A stretch of DNA of 35,959 nt, taken from NCBI RefSeq assembly GCF_001194135.2, contig NC_068985.1:37536141-37572099 (forward strand). Reading direction: 5' to 3'. A program made the position numbers and the translations under genes. The notes under the pieces are model-generated. The model had not been told where the DNA came from. It did not search any database and saw only the letters and a list, made by a program, of their open reading frames with translations. Numbering within the stretch: the stretch's first letter is position 1; each line of letters opens with the position of its first letter. Shown piece after piece: positions 33,857 to 35,959 of this stretch. Source of the stretch: Octopus bimaculoides (taxonomy: Eukaryota).

Positions 33857-34619
33857 CTGCAAAATATGAGAAAAGCCTGGTCTTCTTTTATTTCAGTCAT
33901 CGGTGCTTATCTCAGTTCTTTCAAACACCCTTCCCTTACCAACCAATCATTCTGCAGATCCTCGCCATCTTTTCTTTCTTTTATCTTACAGTTTTTCATC
34001 TTCTTTATTTTTCATTTGCCCGCCTCGCCACCCCTGCCACCATCGTCTTCATCTTTCCCGTTCTATTTTGTTTCAATTATTTTGCATACATTTTCTCTTT
34101 TAACTTTCATACTTTATATTGTTTTTTTTTTTTTTCGTTTTACTTCTCTTTCGTCTTTCTCATATTATTCAGTGATATTATTGTTATCATTGTTGTTATT
34201 GTTGCTCTTGCTATTTGCTTGTTTGTTTGTTATTATTGTTTGCTTGATGTTGTTGTGTAATCTAAACTTCTTTATTTCTCTCGAGGATTAAAACTGAATG
34301 AACCACAATGACTTACTTGATCATTTCGTTTTCTTTTTTTTTTGTTTCACCCATACCATACCATACCTGATAACTGTAACTGCCAACTGCAACTATTCCT
34401 GCTACAACAAATACTACCACTTAGCAGCAACTCTCTTTGCAAACAGCTTCATAATTCCCACTTCTTCAACAAAAACTACTCACACTACCCCCATCATTGC
34501 ACCTAACAATCTCTATTGCAACATAACAGCACAGATCACAAACACTACCCAAACGACAACACTGACTACAGTTTCCACCATCATCACCATCACCATCACC
34601 ACCACCATTACCATTAAGA

Positions 34620-34749
34620 AGTAGTAGTAGTAGTAGTAGTAGTAGAAGAAGAAGAAAAAGAAGAAGGAGAAGAAGAAGAAGAAGAAGAAGAAGAAGAAGA
34701 AGAAGAAGAAGAAGAAGAAGAAGAAAAAAGAAGAAGAAGAACAACAACA
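34620..34749. repeat. Compound (TAG)n-(AAG)n-(AAC)n microsatellite
   Basis: Read directly. Confidence 0.95.
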
Positions 34750-34763
34750 TCAGGAATAACATC

Positions 34764-34950
34764 GAAGGAGGTGCTATGCGGTCGCTCTATCAACTAGAAG
34801 TCATAACCAAATTTTCCACAAATCACATTGCTGCCGTCTTAATTGAGGCGCATTGGATACTGCTGTGTTAGATTTTATGCACTAGGGAAAAGACGGGATG
34901 GGCACAACTGGAATGCCCTTAAACATAGATCCGTCTGCTGAAGGCTGAGA
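34764..34950 (-). mobile_element. Unclassified interspersed repeat ('family E')
   Basis: The reverse complement aligns in order with 29381-29566. Confidence 0.6.
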
Positions 34951-35329
34951 CAAAAGGTAATTGTAACAAGCCCATCGTAAAATATTCTTTCTCACCCTGC
35001 AATGTCCTTTTCCCATTATAATTCATTCGGACTATAGTGAATCGACCTATTTCAAAGTATTGTTGCTTTTTTTACTGGATTATCTCCCTTAACTTTTTTT
35101 TTGTTTTTTTATATAGGTATTTTATAAAATTATTGCATTATTCTGATTCTAGTTATACATATCCTCTGTCATCGGTGATTTGCAGTAATGATTTGATTAC
35201 GCTTTGCTGATGAGGCCTAATAAGATGGAAATATGACATACTTCCCGCTATAATTTATATCTAATGAATTTAAATTAATTAGAAGTTATTTGATTCTGGT
35301 TGCACCAGAATCACTCGCACCACCACCAC

Positions 35330-35572
35330 AACCACCACCACCACCACCACCACCAACAACAACAGCAAAAACAACGGTAGCAGTAACAAAACTCATGTTG
35401 CTTCCACCATTATCACCACTTCCTCCACCACCACCGTTGCCATCACAGCCGTTTCTACCATCAACGCCACAGCCTTCCTCATCACTCATCACTCATCATC
35501 GACACTATAATGGCCACCACCACTGTCTCCATTTCCACTGCGTTGACCACCACACTACTACTACTAGTACTC

Positions 35573-35629
<57 letters not shown>

Positions 35630-35636
35630 TTACTAT
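35330..35636. repeat. (ACC)n/(AAC)n/(ACT)n low-complexity region
   Basis: Pure (ACT)n at ~35574-35629 and (CCA)n at ~35319-35355. Confidence 0.9.
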
Positions 35637-35959
35637 CATTAAATGTGTCACAAGTACCACAACCAGTGGCACCACCATTAAAATCGCCATCGAACCCAAC
35701 ATCACCGTCGACATATTTACCGTTACAACAATTATAAGTGTCGTCGTCATCACGCTCAAATTACTTTCTGTCTCAATCTCAAACTGCCACACCCCCCCAC
35801 CTCGAACTTGTCATACACACACCACCATCGACATTAACAGCATCAGCAACAACCCCTGTCTATGGTTGCCGCCACCGACGATGCCACTCCCAGTATTGCA
35901 AAGAACGGCTGTCCTTGCCGTTCGTTGCCTTTGTGCAAAACTAATTCATTTCAATAGAT

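Noticed and set aside
35286-35944. Gly/Val/Thr/Leu homopolymer ORFs
   Set aside because: These are translations of (ACC)n, (ACT)n and related trinucleotide repeats.

Overview
This is eukaryotic, AT-rich, repeat-dense DNA with no recognisable intact gene, rRNA, true tRNA or CRISPR array. The SINE families and microsatellite load look like an octopus (coleoid cephalopod) genome. That assignment is from recognition and was not checked by a search. Twelve N-gaps total about 4.1 kb and most are flanked by microsatellites, which points to a short-read assembly. Nearly all supplied ORFs are microsatellite or gap artefacts. Supported content: (i) more than 10 copies of a tRNA-derived SINE ('family A') with two alternative 3' tails, one copy with a perfect 15-bp TSD; (ii) three related SINE types with an Arg-tRNA-like head and a mosaic head/body/tail structure; (iii) a 5'-truncated RTE-clade LINE, a Penelope-like fragment, the 3' end of a Tc1/mariner element, a hAT MITE and a piggyBac-type MITE; (iv) an unnamed ~190-bp interspersed repeat. 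Several isolated stretches have good splice signals and open frames and may be exons of a long-intron gene, but I could not identify a protein family for any of them. The most unusual features are the SINE tail swapping, a recurrent 15-18-nt motif at SINE 5' junctions, and a three-tier ~190-nt hairpin at 28680-28866. I see no convincing evidence of a wholly new biological system.
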